The notes under the pieces are model-generated. The model searched no databases. It was given only the letters and a program-made list of their open reading frames with translations, and was not told the DNA's origin. Below, piece after piece: positions 11,401 to 24,978 of a stretch of 64,000 bases of DNA. Origin of the DNA: Octopus sinensis. Its lineage: Eukaryota. The stretch lies in assembly GCF_006345805.1 (NCBI RefSeq), contig NC_043017.1:10168001-10232000 (forward strand). Direction: 5' to 3'. Positions within the stretch are counted from its first letter, which is position 1. The number at the start of each line of letters is the position of its first letter. The position numbers and the translations under genes are program-made.

Positions 11401-11789
11401 TTTATATGCACTTTCTGACAAGTTGTGGTGCACCTGAGCACTGTATACAATAATTTCATTATTATATTATTATATGCAACTCACACACACACACATATAT
11501 ATATATAACAAGCTTCTTCCAGTTTCCATCTACCAAATCCACGCACAAGCCTTTGGTCAGTTTGGAGCTGTAGTAGAAGACACTTGCCCAAAGTACCATA
11601 GAGTGGGACTGAACCTAGAACCATGTGGTTAGGAAGAAAACTTCTTAACTACACAGCCTGACCACACCAGCAAAAAAAAAACAAATAATAAGTTGGTCAG
11701 CTGGAGCATTTTTCATTTTACTTTTGTCCACTTGAGCAGGGATGATCTGGAGCTAAACAAGGCCAAACTACCACACCTCCATCGCTTAC

Positions 11790-13050
11790 CATTGTATCAT
11801 GTCCACCACTGCTGCTGCCACCACCACCACCACTCATCAACACCATAATCACTACTACTACCACCACCACTGCCACCACAACTACTACTACCACCAACAC
11901 CACTTCACTACCATACCTGAACACACTACCTCCACAACCCCTGACTACCACCACTGCACCTCCATCTCCAACACGGTATCCAGAAATCCCTTCACCCCCC
12001 CCCCCCAACACACCCCTTTGTCAGCTGCTGCCAATACAGATATCTATACAATCAATATCTGGCAGGGTCAAAGACAAAGGGATAAGGTTAGGGCAGTGGC
12101 GGCAGCAATGGTGGGGGTGGGGTGGCAGCTGGGGTGATGGTGATGTTGGTGGGGGGGTGCCGGGAAGCGTGTTGGTAGAGATGTTGTTGATAATGGTGGT
12201 AGTGGTGGTGGTGGTGGTGGTGGTAGTAGAGCTGGTGGTGATAGTGATTCTGGTGTTGATAATGGTAGAGATAGTGGTGTTAGAGCTGGTCCTGCTGATG
12301 ACAAAGATGATGCTGGTGTTGTCAGAGATGCTGATGGCCGCTATGGTGGTGGTGGTAGTGGTGGCGGCAGCAGTGGTGGTGGTGGTGGTAGCGGTGTTGG
12401 CGTTGGTGGTGCTGGTGCTAGTAATGGCAGAGGTGGTGCCGTGGGAGCTGGTGGTGGTGTTGGTCTTGGTCTTGCCAATGGTGGAGGAAGAGGTGGTGGT
12501 GGCGTCGGCAGCAGTAGCAGTGATGGAGTGAGGAAGTGATGGGGCTGGTTGAGTCATCCATGCAGCTAACACCAGCATCAGTGCAGTTGATGCCGACAGC
12601 CTTGATACCACCTGCAACATGCACTAACCTCGTTCTCTTTGCTGTGGCAGTTGCTGACTGCCGGGTGTGAACCCTTTCACTCACCTCACTGCTGGGGTCA
12701 ATGGGGGGGAAAGTGGATACAACAACAACAGCAGCAACAACTATAACAATGTGAAGGACATAAGTGAAACCGTCAGCAACAACAACAACAACAACTAGTA
12801 CTACTACTACTAATGATGATGATGATAATAATAACATAACTACTACTACTAACAACAACAGTGATGATGGTGATGGTAATATTGCTACTTCTATTACTAC
12901 TAATAATAATAAAACTACTACTGCTATTACAACAATTACTACTACTACAAGTGTAGTAGCATCAACAACAACACCAGTAGCAGCAACAACAGTAATAATT
13001 TCACTGATGTCTCTGAAATCACAAACAACAACAATAGCAACCAGAAAACC
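11790..13050. repeat. degenerate (ACC)/(GGT)/(AAC)/(ACT) trinucleotide tracts, switching strand polarity near 12100 and 12720
   Basis: Direct inspection; poly-Thr/Val/His ORFs only. Confidence 0.85.
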
Positions 13051-13145
13051 CATGTATCACAAACATGATACACTACACGGCACATTATGCAATGTGGCAC
13101 ACGATACTACTCGATGCATTTAAATAGAACGCTAAGTATTATATA

Positions 13146-13240
13146 ACATTGTAATTGTCTTTGGCTGTCCAGTCTTGGCTAAGAAGGAGTATATCCACAG
13201 ACGTGACAGAGTTGGGACCTATATACACTGGAAGCTATCC
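13146..13240 (+). mobile_element. R4/Dong-type LINE fragment (CCHC knuckle region)
   Basis: IVFGCPVLAKKEYIHRRDRVGTYIHWKL, the segment expected just upstream of KLCQHYG in these elements. Confidence 0.75.
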
Positions 13241-13429
13241 TTGGTTATGGCATATAACCTGTCAGAAACTAACCATTGGCTTTGCAATATGGCAAATCAT
13301 TAATCAGTAGTCAATTTTGGGGTGAAAACAACTGAAAAGTTAAACCCCTTTCTGAGAGGGAAAGAAGAGATGGCTGCCCTTGTACAATTCCATCTGTGGG
13401 TCAGCTGTGTTTGTCTATGTTATTTTTAT

Positions 13430-13800
13430 TACCTGGTTTGCAAATAGGGATCACCACGTTTTCAAAATGAAAATTTCTTTCATGAGGATAGCAGCAAAAT
13501 TTCTCCCTTTTTGAATTCAAGAAGGTTCCTGGATCATACAAATTTTTTAGGATTATTGTCCTTTTGGCTCAGCAGAATTTGTACCATCTACTTCCATTGA
13601 GGGTCAGGTTCCGCTAATAACTTCCAGTTAATTTTGTATGGCGTTTCCTCACCTTTAAATTGGCATATATAACTGGCTAATGACATAATGTTATGTCTTA
13701 CTGGTATCCTAAGAGAACTCATGGTTATTTATCCTGGCCTTAAATGGGTCACTGGAGCAATAGAGGACCCATTTAAGAGCAATAACCAAGAATGTGCTAA
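13430..13800 (-). mobile_element. Penelope-like GIY-YIG endonuclease remnant
   Basis: Decayed ...DPFKARINNHEFS...SLASYICQFKGEETPYKINWKLLA..., matching the PLE endonuclease pattern F..R..NH..SF...TSL..YIW.LK......I.W. Confidence 0.55.
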
Positions 13801-13904
13801 TCTATGACATAAAAGTATAACTGACCAAAATTTCTTTTAGTGTGTGCTTTTTTTCTAACTTATGGACAACTGCTTAATATATATGATATATATATATATA
13901 TATA

Positions 13905-14090
13905 TAGGGAGAGTTTATGAAAAAAACAAGACGAAGACAGGTGGTGTACAAAACAGATGTATTAGTACAACGCTCAGGAATAGAAAAAGTCTTTTACGTT
14001 TCGAGCCTATGCTCTTCTACAGAAAGAAACAAGGAGAGAAACATGGTGAGAAAAAAAATGTGTGTAGTGGCTAACGATCTATCGTGGCGA
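13905..14090 (-). mobile_element. PLE-type terminal repeat with variant hammerhead motif (13990-14027)
   Basis: Inverted homolog of 42790-43000; TCTTT-CTGTAGA-A-GAGC(ATAG)GCTC-GAAA-CG-TA-AAAGA. Confidence 0.55.
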
Positions 14091-14559
14091 TTAGTGCCGG
14101 ACAGAAGGGTCAAACATGAGGAGGAAAGTAGGGGAGATAACAAGGTAAAGATGACCCCCAACACAAAGATGCGTGTGTGTATAAGAGAGTATGTATGTGC
14201 GTGTGAAAGAAGGCTGGTGGTCTGGATGTGTGCGTGTATGTATGTGTAGGTGTGAAGATGTGGGGATGGGTGTGTGGGTGGTGTGTTGTGTAATGTTGTA
14301 TGGTGATATATATATATATATGGTACATGTCAAAGAATCGAGCCAATGGTTCCTCTGCATGTCGTAAAAAGGCAACTAAAAGAGGTTGAGGTAGGGTCTG
14401 CCCTCTGGCCTCATGAAACCCTCACCAGCCATGACTACCCAAACGGAGACCCATGGGTTGGATGGTTGTCACCGAAGGGGTGCAGAGCTATCGTCCACCT
14501 GGAGGAGTAGGGAACCACCAGCAAATGGTGGATGCTGCAACATGCTGTTACAGTGCATG

Positions 14560-14694
14560 GCTCCATACGACTACTACTACTACTACCACTACTACAAAAG
14601 CAACCGCACTAACTACTACTACTGCTGCTGCTACTACTACTACTACTACTACTGCTGCTTCTACTACTACTAACTACTACTGCTACTACTACTA

Positions 14695-14729
<35 letters not shown>

Positions 14730-15850
14730 AACAACAACAACAACATACTATTACTAATATAAAGATTCTTCCACATTCTGCAATTCTTATGTTAGTCGAG
14801 TACGCAATGCTGTAATAATATACTTTATATTACTTGGAGGGTAGGGTATGACTTGGCCCTCCATGCCAGTGTCTGTCTGTCTGTCAGTCTCTCCATTGAT
14901 GAGTTCACCCCCACAGTTCCTCACTTCATGTCTTGCTCCCCTTTGGCTAGCTGCAGACCTCATGCAGTGTGATGTGTACGGTACCATTAGCTAAAAGAAC
15001 AACACATACCGGGTGATGTTCCTTGATGAATACAAGACAATTAGAAGAGAGGAATTAATTTTGCTAAAAACTATTGCCAGGCAACTGTGGAAACTACAAG
15101 AAGAAGAAGAAGAAGCAGCAGAACTGTAACATTAGCTACAACAACAAAAACAAGAATATGCTCAACCAATAATAACAGTAAGAACATCAATATGAATAAC
15201 ATATGAGCAACAATGATGAAAACGATACTTATAACAGTACCATTACCACCACCACCACCACCACCACCACCAACAACAACACCACCAATCCACTACCACC
15301 AACAACAACACTCCACTACCACCACCAACAACACCACCAACAACAACACTCCACTACCACCAACAACAACACCACTACCACCAACAACAACACCACCAAT
15401 CCACTACCACCACCAACAACAACACCACTCCACTACCACCACTACTACCAACAACAACAACAAAACCACCACCACCACAACCATGAACACTACCACCGTC
15501 ATCATCACCATCACTACCAACAACTGTAGTGACCAGAGCAACTGCAACAATAAAAAACAATAACGATATGACATCCATAACAACTACAATAACTACAATA
15601 TTCACAACACTGTCACCACCACCACCACCACCAACAACACAACAACAAACAACAACAATACTGACTCCAACCTCACCAAGAACAATATTGGCATCGACCA
15701 CAGAATCGCAAACCTCACAACCACCACCTCACACGACATCTGTTACAAGCACAACAACAACGATAGCAACAACTACAAAAAAAGTATCAACAACAACTAC
15801 TACTGCCACTACTACTATAACAAAAAACAACAGCAGCAGCAGCATCAAGA
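14560..15850. repeat. (ACT)n and (ACC/AAC)n trinucleotide tracts
   Basis: Runs at 14560-14750 and 15100-15850, the latter with a repeated cactccactaccaccaacaacaac sub-unit. Confidence 0.85.
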
Positions 15851-15999
15851 GGGAAAATGCAAGTTCTTTGAAAGAGTTTCTCTTGCAGTGAAAATAGAGT
15901 GTAATGAAAACCACTGGTGGAACACTAACTAACCATATTGTTCAGAGATGATGTCTGGTCTTTTATGGAGCGGAGCGGGGTGGGTGGGGGAGAGGTGGC

Positions 16000-17910
16000 C
16001 TTCTATGTATATATGTGTGTGTGTGTACATATATATGCATTATATCTAATCTATATATATATATAATTATACATATATATATGTATATATATTATATTCA
16101 TATATATATACATATATATATATATGCATATAATATATACATATATATTATATTACATATATATATATACATATATACGTATACATATATATATATATGC
16201 ATATATATATACATATATATATATATATGCATATATATATATATACATATATACGTATACATAATATATATATATGCATATATACATATATAATAATATA
16301 TACATATATACGTATACATATATACGTATACATATATATATCATAATACGTATACATATATATATATACGTATACATATATATATATATATACGTATACA
16401 TATATATATATATATACGTATACATATATATATATATATATACGTATACATATATATATATATATATACGTATACATATATATATATATATATATACGTA
16501 TACATATATATATTATATATATATATACGTATACATATATATATATATATATATATACGTATACATATATATATACGTATACATATATATATATATATAC
16601 GTATACATATATATATATATATACGTATACATATATATATATATATACGTATACATATATATATATATATATACGTATACATATATATTATATATATATA
16701 TACAGGTACATATATATATATATAGTATACAGATAGATGGATAGATAGATATTTAAATTATATATATATATTATATATATACATAAATACCTACACACAT
16801 ACATGCACACTCACATATATACATACCCACACATAGATATGTATATATATGTATGTATATTATAACATATATACACATATATATATATATACAGGTACAT
16901 ATATATATGTATATATATATGCATATATATATATACATATATATATTACAATATACTATACATATATATATATGCATATATATATTACATATATACGTAT
17001 ACATATATATATATGCATATATATATACATATTAATTATATATATGCATATACATATACATATAATATATATATATGCATATATATACATATATATATAC
17101 ATATATATATACAATATATATACGTATACATATATTATATATATATGCATATATAATACATATATACGTATACATATATATACATATATACGTATACATT
17201 CATATACATATATACGTATACATATATATATATAATACGTCATACATATATATATATATATATACGTATACATATATAATATATATATACCGTATCATAT
17301 ATTATATATATTATATATATATACGTATACATATTACTTATATATACGTATAATATATCTATATATATACGTATACATATATATATATAGTATACATATA
17401 TATCTATACGTATACATATATTATATTATAGACGTATACATATATTATATATATACGTATACATTATATATTAATATACGTTACATATATATATATATAT
17501 ACGTATACATATATATATATATATACGTATACATATATTATATATATATATACGTATACATATATATATATATATATATACGTATACATTATATATTATA
17601 TATATATATACGTATACATAATATACGTATACATATATATATAATATATATACGTATACAATATATATATATATACGTATACATATATTATATATATATA
17701 TCTTATCTATATATATATATATATACGTATACATATATTATATATATATATATACAGGTACATATATATAATATAGTATACAGATAGATGGATAGATAGA
17801 TATTTAAATTATTATATATAATTATATATATACATAAATACCTACACACATACATGCACACTCACATATATACATACACACACATAGATATGTATATATA
17901 TGTATGTGTG
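16000..17910. repeat. ~1.9-kb (TA)n satellite punctuated by TACGTA, with an internal ~1.05-kb duplication
   Basis: Marker block caggtac...gatagatggatag...cctacacacatacatgcacactcac occurs at ~16703 and ~17755. Confidence 0.9.
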
Positions 17911-18075
17911 TGGATGTTGGTAAGGTATACATATACATACAAATTGAATGTGTGTGTGTGTGCATATGTGTGGGCGAATGTGTGTATGTGTGTGCACATA
18001 TCTATTACCAACTTCCTACCTGCCTGCCTCCTTATTGACACACACACATCTTGCATATATATATATATGTGTGTG

Positions 18076-18118
<43 letters not shown>

Positions 18119-18619
18119 ATGTTCATTTAGTTACTTGTCTTATTTTTTTACATTCTCTCTCTTTCTCTCTGTCTGTCTCTCTGCATCTATCTTTATCTTA
18201 TCTATCTCTAATTAACTCCCACTTCACTTAATTATCCAATTAACCCTTACCTATATATCTCCCTATCCATCAGCACAATCACGTAGCCACTTATCTGTCC
18301 ATCTGTCTCATAGTCTGTCCACCGATTCTCCACAATAAATATCTATCTATCTGTCTGTCATCAACTTAACAAAGGTCCAATTAAACAGGATCTTCTCTAT
18401 TTTAACAAAAACTGCAGTGTTTGCAGGCTTGTAAAGCATTTTCTAAAACCAAATAAATTACTTTTTTGAAAGTATTCTACTTTGAAGAACTTCTATACAT
18501 ATGTTTTTTGGGGGTTGGTTATTTCTTATATAGAATTATATGAAATGTAGTTTAAATGGTTCTCTTTAAAAGTTCTAAATTGAATAAAACTCGCAATTAG
18601 AGAGAATTATGTAAAAGAG

Positions 18620-19090
18620 TGGTGCTGGTTCCACATGAAGAGCATCTGTGCTGGTCCCATTTACAAAGCGCTGGTGCTGATGCTAAGTAAAAAGCGCCCA
18701 CTACGCTCTGTAAAGTGGTTGGCATTGGAAAGCGCCTTCAGCTGTGAAGCCATGATAAAACAGACAATGGAATCTGGTGGAGTTCCTGGCCTTGCCAGCT
18801 CCTGTCAAACCTATTTCTTTACTACTCAAGGGGCTAAACACAGAGAGGACAAATGGATTAAGTCGATTACATCGACCCCAGTGCATAACTGGTACTTAAT
18901 TTATCGACCCTGAAAGGATGAAAGGCAAAGTCGACCTCGGTGGAATTTGAACTCACAGCATAATGGCAAACGAAATACCGCTAAGCATTTCGCCTGGTGT
19001 GCTAGCGTTTCTGCCAAATCGCCACCTTTGTCAAACCATCCAACCCATGCCAGCATGGAAAGCGGATGTTAATGGATGATGACGATGATG
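18620..19090 (+). mobile_element. RTE 3'UTR copy split by a nested family A SINE (18812-19028, minus)
   Basis: 9-bp TSD TGTCAAACC at 18803-18811 and 19029-19037; host resumes ccaacccatgccagcatggaaagcgg-(gat)n. Confidence 0.85.
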
Positions 19091-19139
19091 TGTATGTACC
19101 TATATACTTTTATATGCATGTTAGTGTTGTTTATGTTGA

Positions 19140-19440
19140 AGGCAAAAGACTAATAGAGAAAACCAGACAGTCAAACAGACGGACATATTGCGAAAAAGCA
19201 ACCTGATTAAGAAGACAAAAGGACAGAGAAAAATAGTCTGATATAGCCATGGGTGCTTTTGACAGAGCAGAATTATGTGAAGTCATCGATGGATTGGAAT
19301 TATAGCATCAGAGGCCCTCGATGTTGGATGGAGGGCTTTATAGAGATGATAGGTTATTGGTCTTATGAAATGTGAATAGCCAGACAATTAACCTGTCATT
19401 TCTTCAATGGCATGTCAATTTCAAAGGCCTCTTGAATCAT
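19140..19440 (+). mobile_element. Penelope-like reverse transcriptase remnant
   Basis: DIAMGAFDRAELCEVIDGL...GGLYRDD, matching the PLE RT motifs MG.YDGAE and GLYRDD; frameshifted. Confidence 0.65.
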
Positions 19441-19506
19441 GGGAATTTTTTTTTGATATTTAAGTTATATTTGATAAAACTTTATTAATTTTTATTACCT
19501 ACATAG

Positions 19507-19900
19507 GCACAGGAGTGGCTGTGTGGTAAGTAGCTTGCTTACCAACCACATGGTTCCGGGTTCAGTCCCACTGCGTGGCATCTTGGGCAAGTGTCTTCTG
19601 CTATAGCCTCGGGCCGACAATGCCTTGTGAGTGGATTGGTAGACGGAAACTGAAAGAAGCCTGTCGTATATATGTATATATATAGTGTGGTGTATAGTTT
19701 GTGTGTCTGTGTTTGTCCCCCTAGCATTGCTTGACAACCAATGCTGGTGTGTTTATGTCCCTGTCACTTAGCGGTTCGGCAAAAGAGACCGATAGAATAA
19801 GTACTGGGCTTACAAAGAATAAGTCCCGGGGTCAATTTGCTCGACTAAAGGCGGTGCTCCAGCATGGCTGCAGTCAAATGACTGAAAAGAGTAAAAGAGT
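19507..19900 (+). mobile_element. SINE family B, intact bipartite copy
   Basis: tRNA-like head ggagtggctgtgtggtaag...gggttcagtccc, (TA)/(TG) linker, second arm ending aagagtaaaagag. Confidence 0.9.
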
Positions 19901-20014
19901 ACATTCATGCAACTTGCCACTCTGAGTTATTTCTTTTGTCTCATTTTTGCTTCAACGCACACATTTCTCATTTACAATTTATATACATTGTTATATTTTG
20001 GGATGGTCCCAAAA

Positions 20015-20545
20015 TATAACAATATGAAAAGTTGGGCATAAGAAGCATCAAATGTGGCATGCAAGAGAGATGACTGCACTGGTATGGTCATGTGTTATGT
20101 ACAGATGAGGACAGCTGAGTGAGGAAGTGCCACACCCTAACTGTGGAAGGAACATGTGGAAGAGGTAGACCCAAGAAGACATAGGATGAGGTGGTGAAGC
20201 ATGACGTTTGAACATTGGGCCTCACAGAAGCAATGACAGGAGACTGAGACCTTTGGAGATCTGCTGTGCTTGACAACTAAAGTGAGATCGCAGCCATGGC
20301 CGATGCCAGTGTTGCATGTCCGGCTCATTTAAAAGAACCCTTGATGTGTTGGGCGATATGAGTTTGAGAAGACCTGTTGAGTCAAGTAAACCCAAACTCA
20401 TAACTGTGGCCAGTGCATCCTGACTGGCTCCCATGCTGGCGGAATGTCAAAAGCACTATCCGAACGTGATCGATGCCAGGGTGACCTGACTAGCTCCTGT
20501 GCCAGTGGCACATAAAAAGCACCCACTACACTGCTTGACAACCAA
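20015..20545 (+). mobile_element. RTE LINE 3' end (ORF C-terminus plus structured 3'UTR)
   Basis: EKLGIRSIKCGMQER.LHWYGHV..CHTLTVEGTCGRGRPKKT.DEVVKHD..LWRSAVL, then gtgccagtggcacataaaaagcaccc modules. Confidence 0.85.
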
Positions 20546-21232
20546 TGTTGGTTTGTTTACATCCCCATAACTAAACAGTTTGGCAAAAGAAAGCCCAAGA
20601 TGACATGTAAACAAACTTAAAAAGCCAAAACAAATACCAGCAGGGCCAGGGTGTGGGGGAGAAGGGTTCAATTTCTTCACCTCAATGCTATAAGGTGGTG
20701 CTCCAGCATAGCCAAAGTTCAATCACTGAAACAAGTGAAAAAGGTAAAAAAACAAAAAAACTACAAAAAATAGAAAAAAAGAAAGCAGTAAGTAATTAAA
20801 AAGATATCTAAAAACACATCAAGCTGTCGCAATGTAACCCTTCAGGCTCTCTTGTGTCACAACAAATATAAAAGCAGATGCTTTGTTGGAATGGAATAAA
20901 ATAAAATAAAGTGAAAAATAAATGAATAACAATGATTACTGCAACAATCTGCTGGATAGATTCTCATATATATATAATTCACACAACCATTTAATTATAT
21001 ACATTACGTTATAATATGCCTTTTATATATATATATATATGTTTAGTATGGTTTATTATATTTCCTTATATACTTTACATATATTTTTGAAAAATTACGG
21101 TGCCCCAGCATGGCCACAGCTCATGAGCTGAAGCTAGAATCAATCAATCAATCAATCATATATATATATATATATTATATATATAAATAGAATTATATAT
21201 ATACATATACATACATATGTACATGTATCATC

Positions 21233-22801
21233 ATCATCATCATCATCATTTAACGTCCGCTTTCCATGCTAGCATGGGTTGGACGGTTTCAACTGGGGTC
21301 TGGGGAGCCCGAAAGCTGCACCAGTCCAGTCAGATCTGGCAGTGTTTCTACAGCTGGATGCCCTTCCTAACGCCAACCACTCCGAGAGTGTAGTGGGTGA
21401 TTTTATGTGCCACCGACACAGGTGCCAGACGAGGCTGGCAAACGGCCACGCTCGGATGGTTGTTTTTATGTGCCACCGACACAGGTGCCAGACGAGGCTG
21501 GCAGACGGCCACGCTCGGATGGTGTTTTTATGTGCCACCGACACAGGTGCCAGACGAGGCTGGCAGACAGCCACGCTCGGATGGTGTTTTTATGTGCCAC
21601 CGACACAGGTGCCAGACGAGGCTGGCAGACGGCCACGCTCGGATGGTGTTTTTATGTGCCACCGACACAGGTGCCAGATGAGGCTGGCAAACGGCCACGA
21701 TCGGATGGTGCTTGTTACGTGCCCACAGCACGGAGGCCAGTCGATGCGGTACTGGCTACGGCCACGTTCGGATGGTTTTCTTATGTGCCACGTGCCACCG
21801 GCACTGGTACCACAAAGATACAAATTCCATTGATGTTCATCTATTTTGATTTGTTTTGATTTTGATTTTCACTTGCCTCAACAGGTCTTTACAAGTGTCA
21901 CAAGAAGGAAGGTATGCACAGGTGGACTGACTACGTCCCAGGTAGGGGCCATGGGTTATGGCCTGACAAGTCTTGCCGGGTCTTCGGATGGTGTTTTTAT
22001 GTGCCACCGACACAGGTGCTAGATGAGGCTGGCGAACGGCCACGATCGGATGGTGTTTGTCATGTGCCCACCGCACTGACTACGGCACTGATGGATTTCT
22101 TGTGTGCCACAGGCACTGGTACCACAAGATACAAATTCCATTGATGTTCATCTATTTTGTCTATTTTGATTTTGATTTGATTTTCACTTGCCTCAACCGG
22201 TCTTCACAAGTGTCACAAGAATGAAGGTATGCACAGGTGGACTGACTAGTCTTGCGGGTCTTCGGAAGGTGTTTTTATGTGCCACCGACACAGGTGCCAG
22301 ATGAGGCTGGCGAACGGCCATGATCGGATGGTGTTTGTTACGTGCCCACAGCATGGAGGCCGGTCGATGCGGAACTGGCTACGGCCACGTTCGGATGGTT
22401 CTCTTGTGTGCCACCGGCACTGGTACCACAAAGATACAGATTCCATTGATGTTCATCTATTTTGATTTGTTTTGATTTGATTTTCACTTGCCTCAACAGG
22501 TCTTCACAAGTGTCACAAGAAGGAAGGTATGCACAGGTGGACTGACTACGTCCCAGGTAGGGGCCATGGGTTGTGGCCTGACTAGTCTTGCCGGGTCTTC
22601 GGATGGTGTTTTTATGTGCCACCGACACAGGTGCTAGATGAGGCTGGCGAACGGCCACGATCGGATGGTGTTTGTCATGTGCCCACAGCACGGAGGCCAG
22701 TCGATGCGGTACTGGCTACGGCCACTTTCGGATGGTTTTCTCTTGTGTGCCACCGGCACTGGTACCACAAAGATACAAATTCCATTGATGTTCATCTATT
22801 T

Positions 22802-22805
<4 letters not shown>
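21233..22805 (-). repeat. hierarchical tandem array derived from an RTE 3'UTR
   Basis: (CAT)n tail at 21233; five near-identical 62-63-nt modules starting 21405, 21468, 21530, 21592 and 21654; then ~305-340-bp units (anchor gatacaaattccattgatgttcatctatttt at ~21817, 22128, 22433, 22772). Confidence 0.9.
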
Positions 22806-22844
<39 letters not shown>

Positions 22845-23956
22845 ATGTGTATATATATATGTGTGTGTGTATGTATGTATGTATGTATGTATATGTATGT
22901 ATGTATTTATCTTTATGTATGCTGTATGCATACATAATTTTTTCGCAGATAAATAATATAAAATTACACATGCATTTAATTATATAGATTACATTATATT
23001 ACCTTATATACACTTTATACATACATTCTTTAATATGTATGTATCTAAATCTATATACATATATAGATACATATATATGCATACAAGTATATACACACAC
23101 ACACATATGCATAAAAATACATATATACATGTATATTATATATATATATATATGTATATATACACACACATACATGTAAATTTTATATATGTATCACTTT
23201 ACACATCCATTAATTATATAGATTACATTATATTATACACTTAACATGCATTTGATAAATACAATTTTACAGTATGTATGTCTATATATATATATATATA
23301 TATATGAATGTATGTTTATAATTTGAATTTACACATCTATTTAATTATATAGATCATATTACTTTATATACATAACAAACATTTTATATACATAGCTTTT
23401 TAAAAATAATACACGTATATAATAAATATACACCAACATACACGTATACCTGCACACTTGCCTCCATACATACGCATGATTTAAAATATCATGATTTAAA
23501 ATTGTAAACATTTGTATCTCTCATTGTTATGATTACGTTTGTAAAACCTCTGATTCCTCCTTTTGGAATACACGGTATATAAATTATTTATAGTTCTTAC
23601 TTTATATGACATATGTATACATACATGTATATCTATCTATTATCTCTCGCTCTATCTATCCATCCATCTCTCCCTCTGTCTATCTATCCACCCATCTATC
23701 TATCCATCCATCTACCCCTCTATCTATCTATCCACCCAACTACTCCTCTATCTATCTATCCACCCACCCATCTATCTATCTGTATAATATAGGATGACAT
23801 GATTTGTATTATATAATTTTAGTTATTACATTATTTTATTAAATAATTTATTTGATTTGCATTTGAGAGATGATTTTCTATTTCTCATGTATGATTTACA
23901 CACACACACACACACACACGCATATATATGCATGTGTAGATGTGTATGTAGTGTAC

Positions 23957-23999
<43 letters not shown>

Positions 24000-24084
24000 T
24001 GTATATATCCATCTATTCCTATGTCTATCTAGCTTTTTTTCTCCCTCGTTTTGTGTCTACATATGTGTATGTGTATATATATAT

Positions 24085-24475
24085 ATATCATCATCATCGT
24101 TTAGTGTCCGCTTTCCATGCTAGCATGGGTTGGACGGTTCAACTGGGGTCTGGGAAGCCAGAAGGCTGCACCAGGCCCAGTCTGATCTGGTAATGTTTCT
24201 ACAGCTGGATGCCCTTCCTAACGCCAACCACTCCATGAGTGTAGTGGGTGCTTTTTATGAGCCACCGGCACAGGTGCCAGACGAGTCTGGCAAACGACCA
24301 CGATCAGAAGGGGTTTTTTATGTGCCACTGGCACGGGGGCCAGGCGGGGCTGGCAACGGCCACGAACGGATGGTGCCTTTTACGTGCCACCGGCACGATG
24401 CCAGTCAGGGCAGCGCTGGCAACGGCCACGTTCGGATGGTTCTCTTACGTGCCACCGGCACTGGTATCTCAGCTG
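24085..24475 (-). mobile_element. RTE 3'UTR copy with three diverged ~62-nt modules
   Basis: Same tail and modules as 21233; further copies at 25525-25740, 26150-26490, 27530-27700, 27785-27975, 28140-28350, 33360-33590, 36190-36410 and 46930-47110. Confidence 0.85.
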
Positions 24476-24918
24476 CAATTATATATAATATATATATATA
24501 TCTGCCTGCTTGCCTATCTGTTATTCTATCTATCTTGCTCTCTCTTTCTCTCTTACACCCACCCACACATATATATGTAAGTATACACATGCACTCACAT
24601 ATATATATATGTGTGTGTATGTGTGTATATATATATATACTTTTATATTTTTAGTGCTGTCATTCAATGGACTGTTGCCATGTGGGAGTACCACATTATT
24701 TTAATCCTTTTTTTAAAGATTACCATTTTTTTCTTTTTATATTTTATTGAAGTTTTGTGGCTGAAACTTGGTCAATAGATGAGTCAGGTGTCAATGATCT
24801 TCCTTCAATGTAACCTTAAAGTTTCTTTTACATTTCTGAACCCTAAGGTAAAGTTGAACACTTAAGACCCTCTAAATACCAGATTATTGCAGTTTATTAT
24901 CCTTGCTCATGATTTTTA

Positions 24919-24978
<60 letters not shown>

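Noticed and set aside
16015-17734. Numerous IYIY/YTHT ORFs here and throughout the window
   Set aside because: Translations of (TA)n/(CA)n repeats.
21405-21715. CRISPR-like regular repeats
   Set aside because: Units are contiguous with no unique spacers, there are no cas genes, the context is eukaryotic and the units are homologous to RTE 3'UTR modules.
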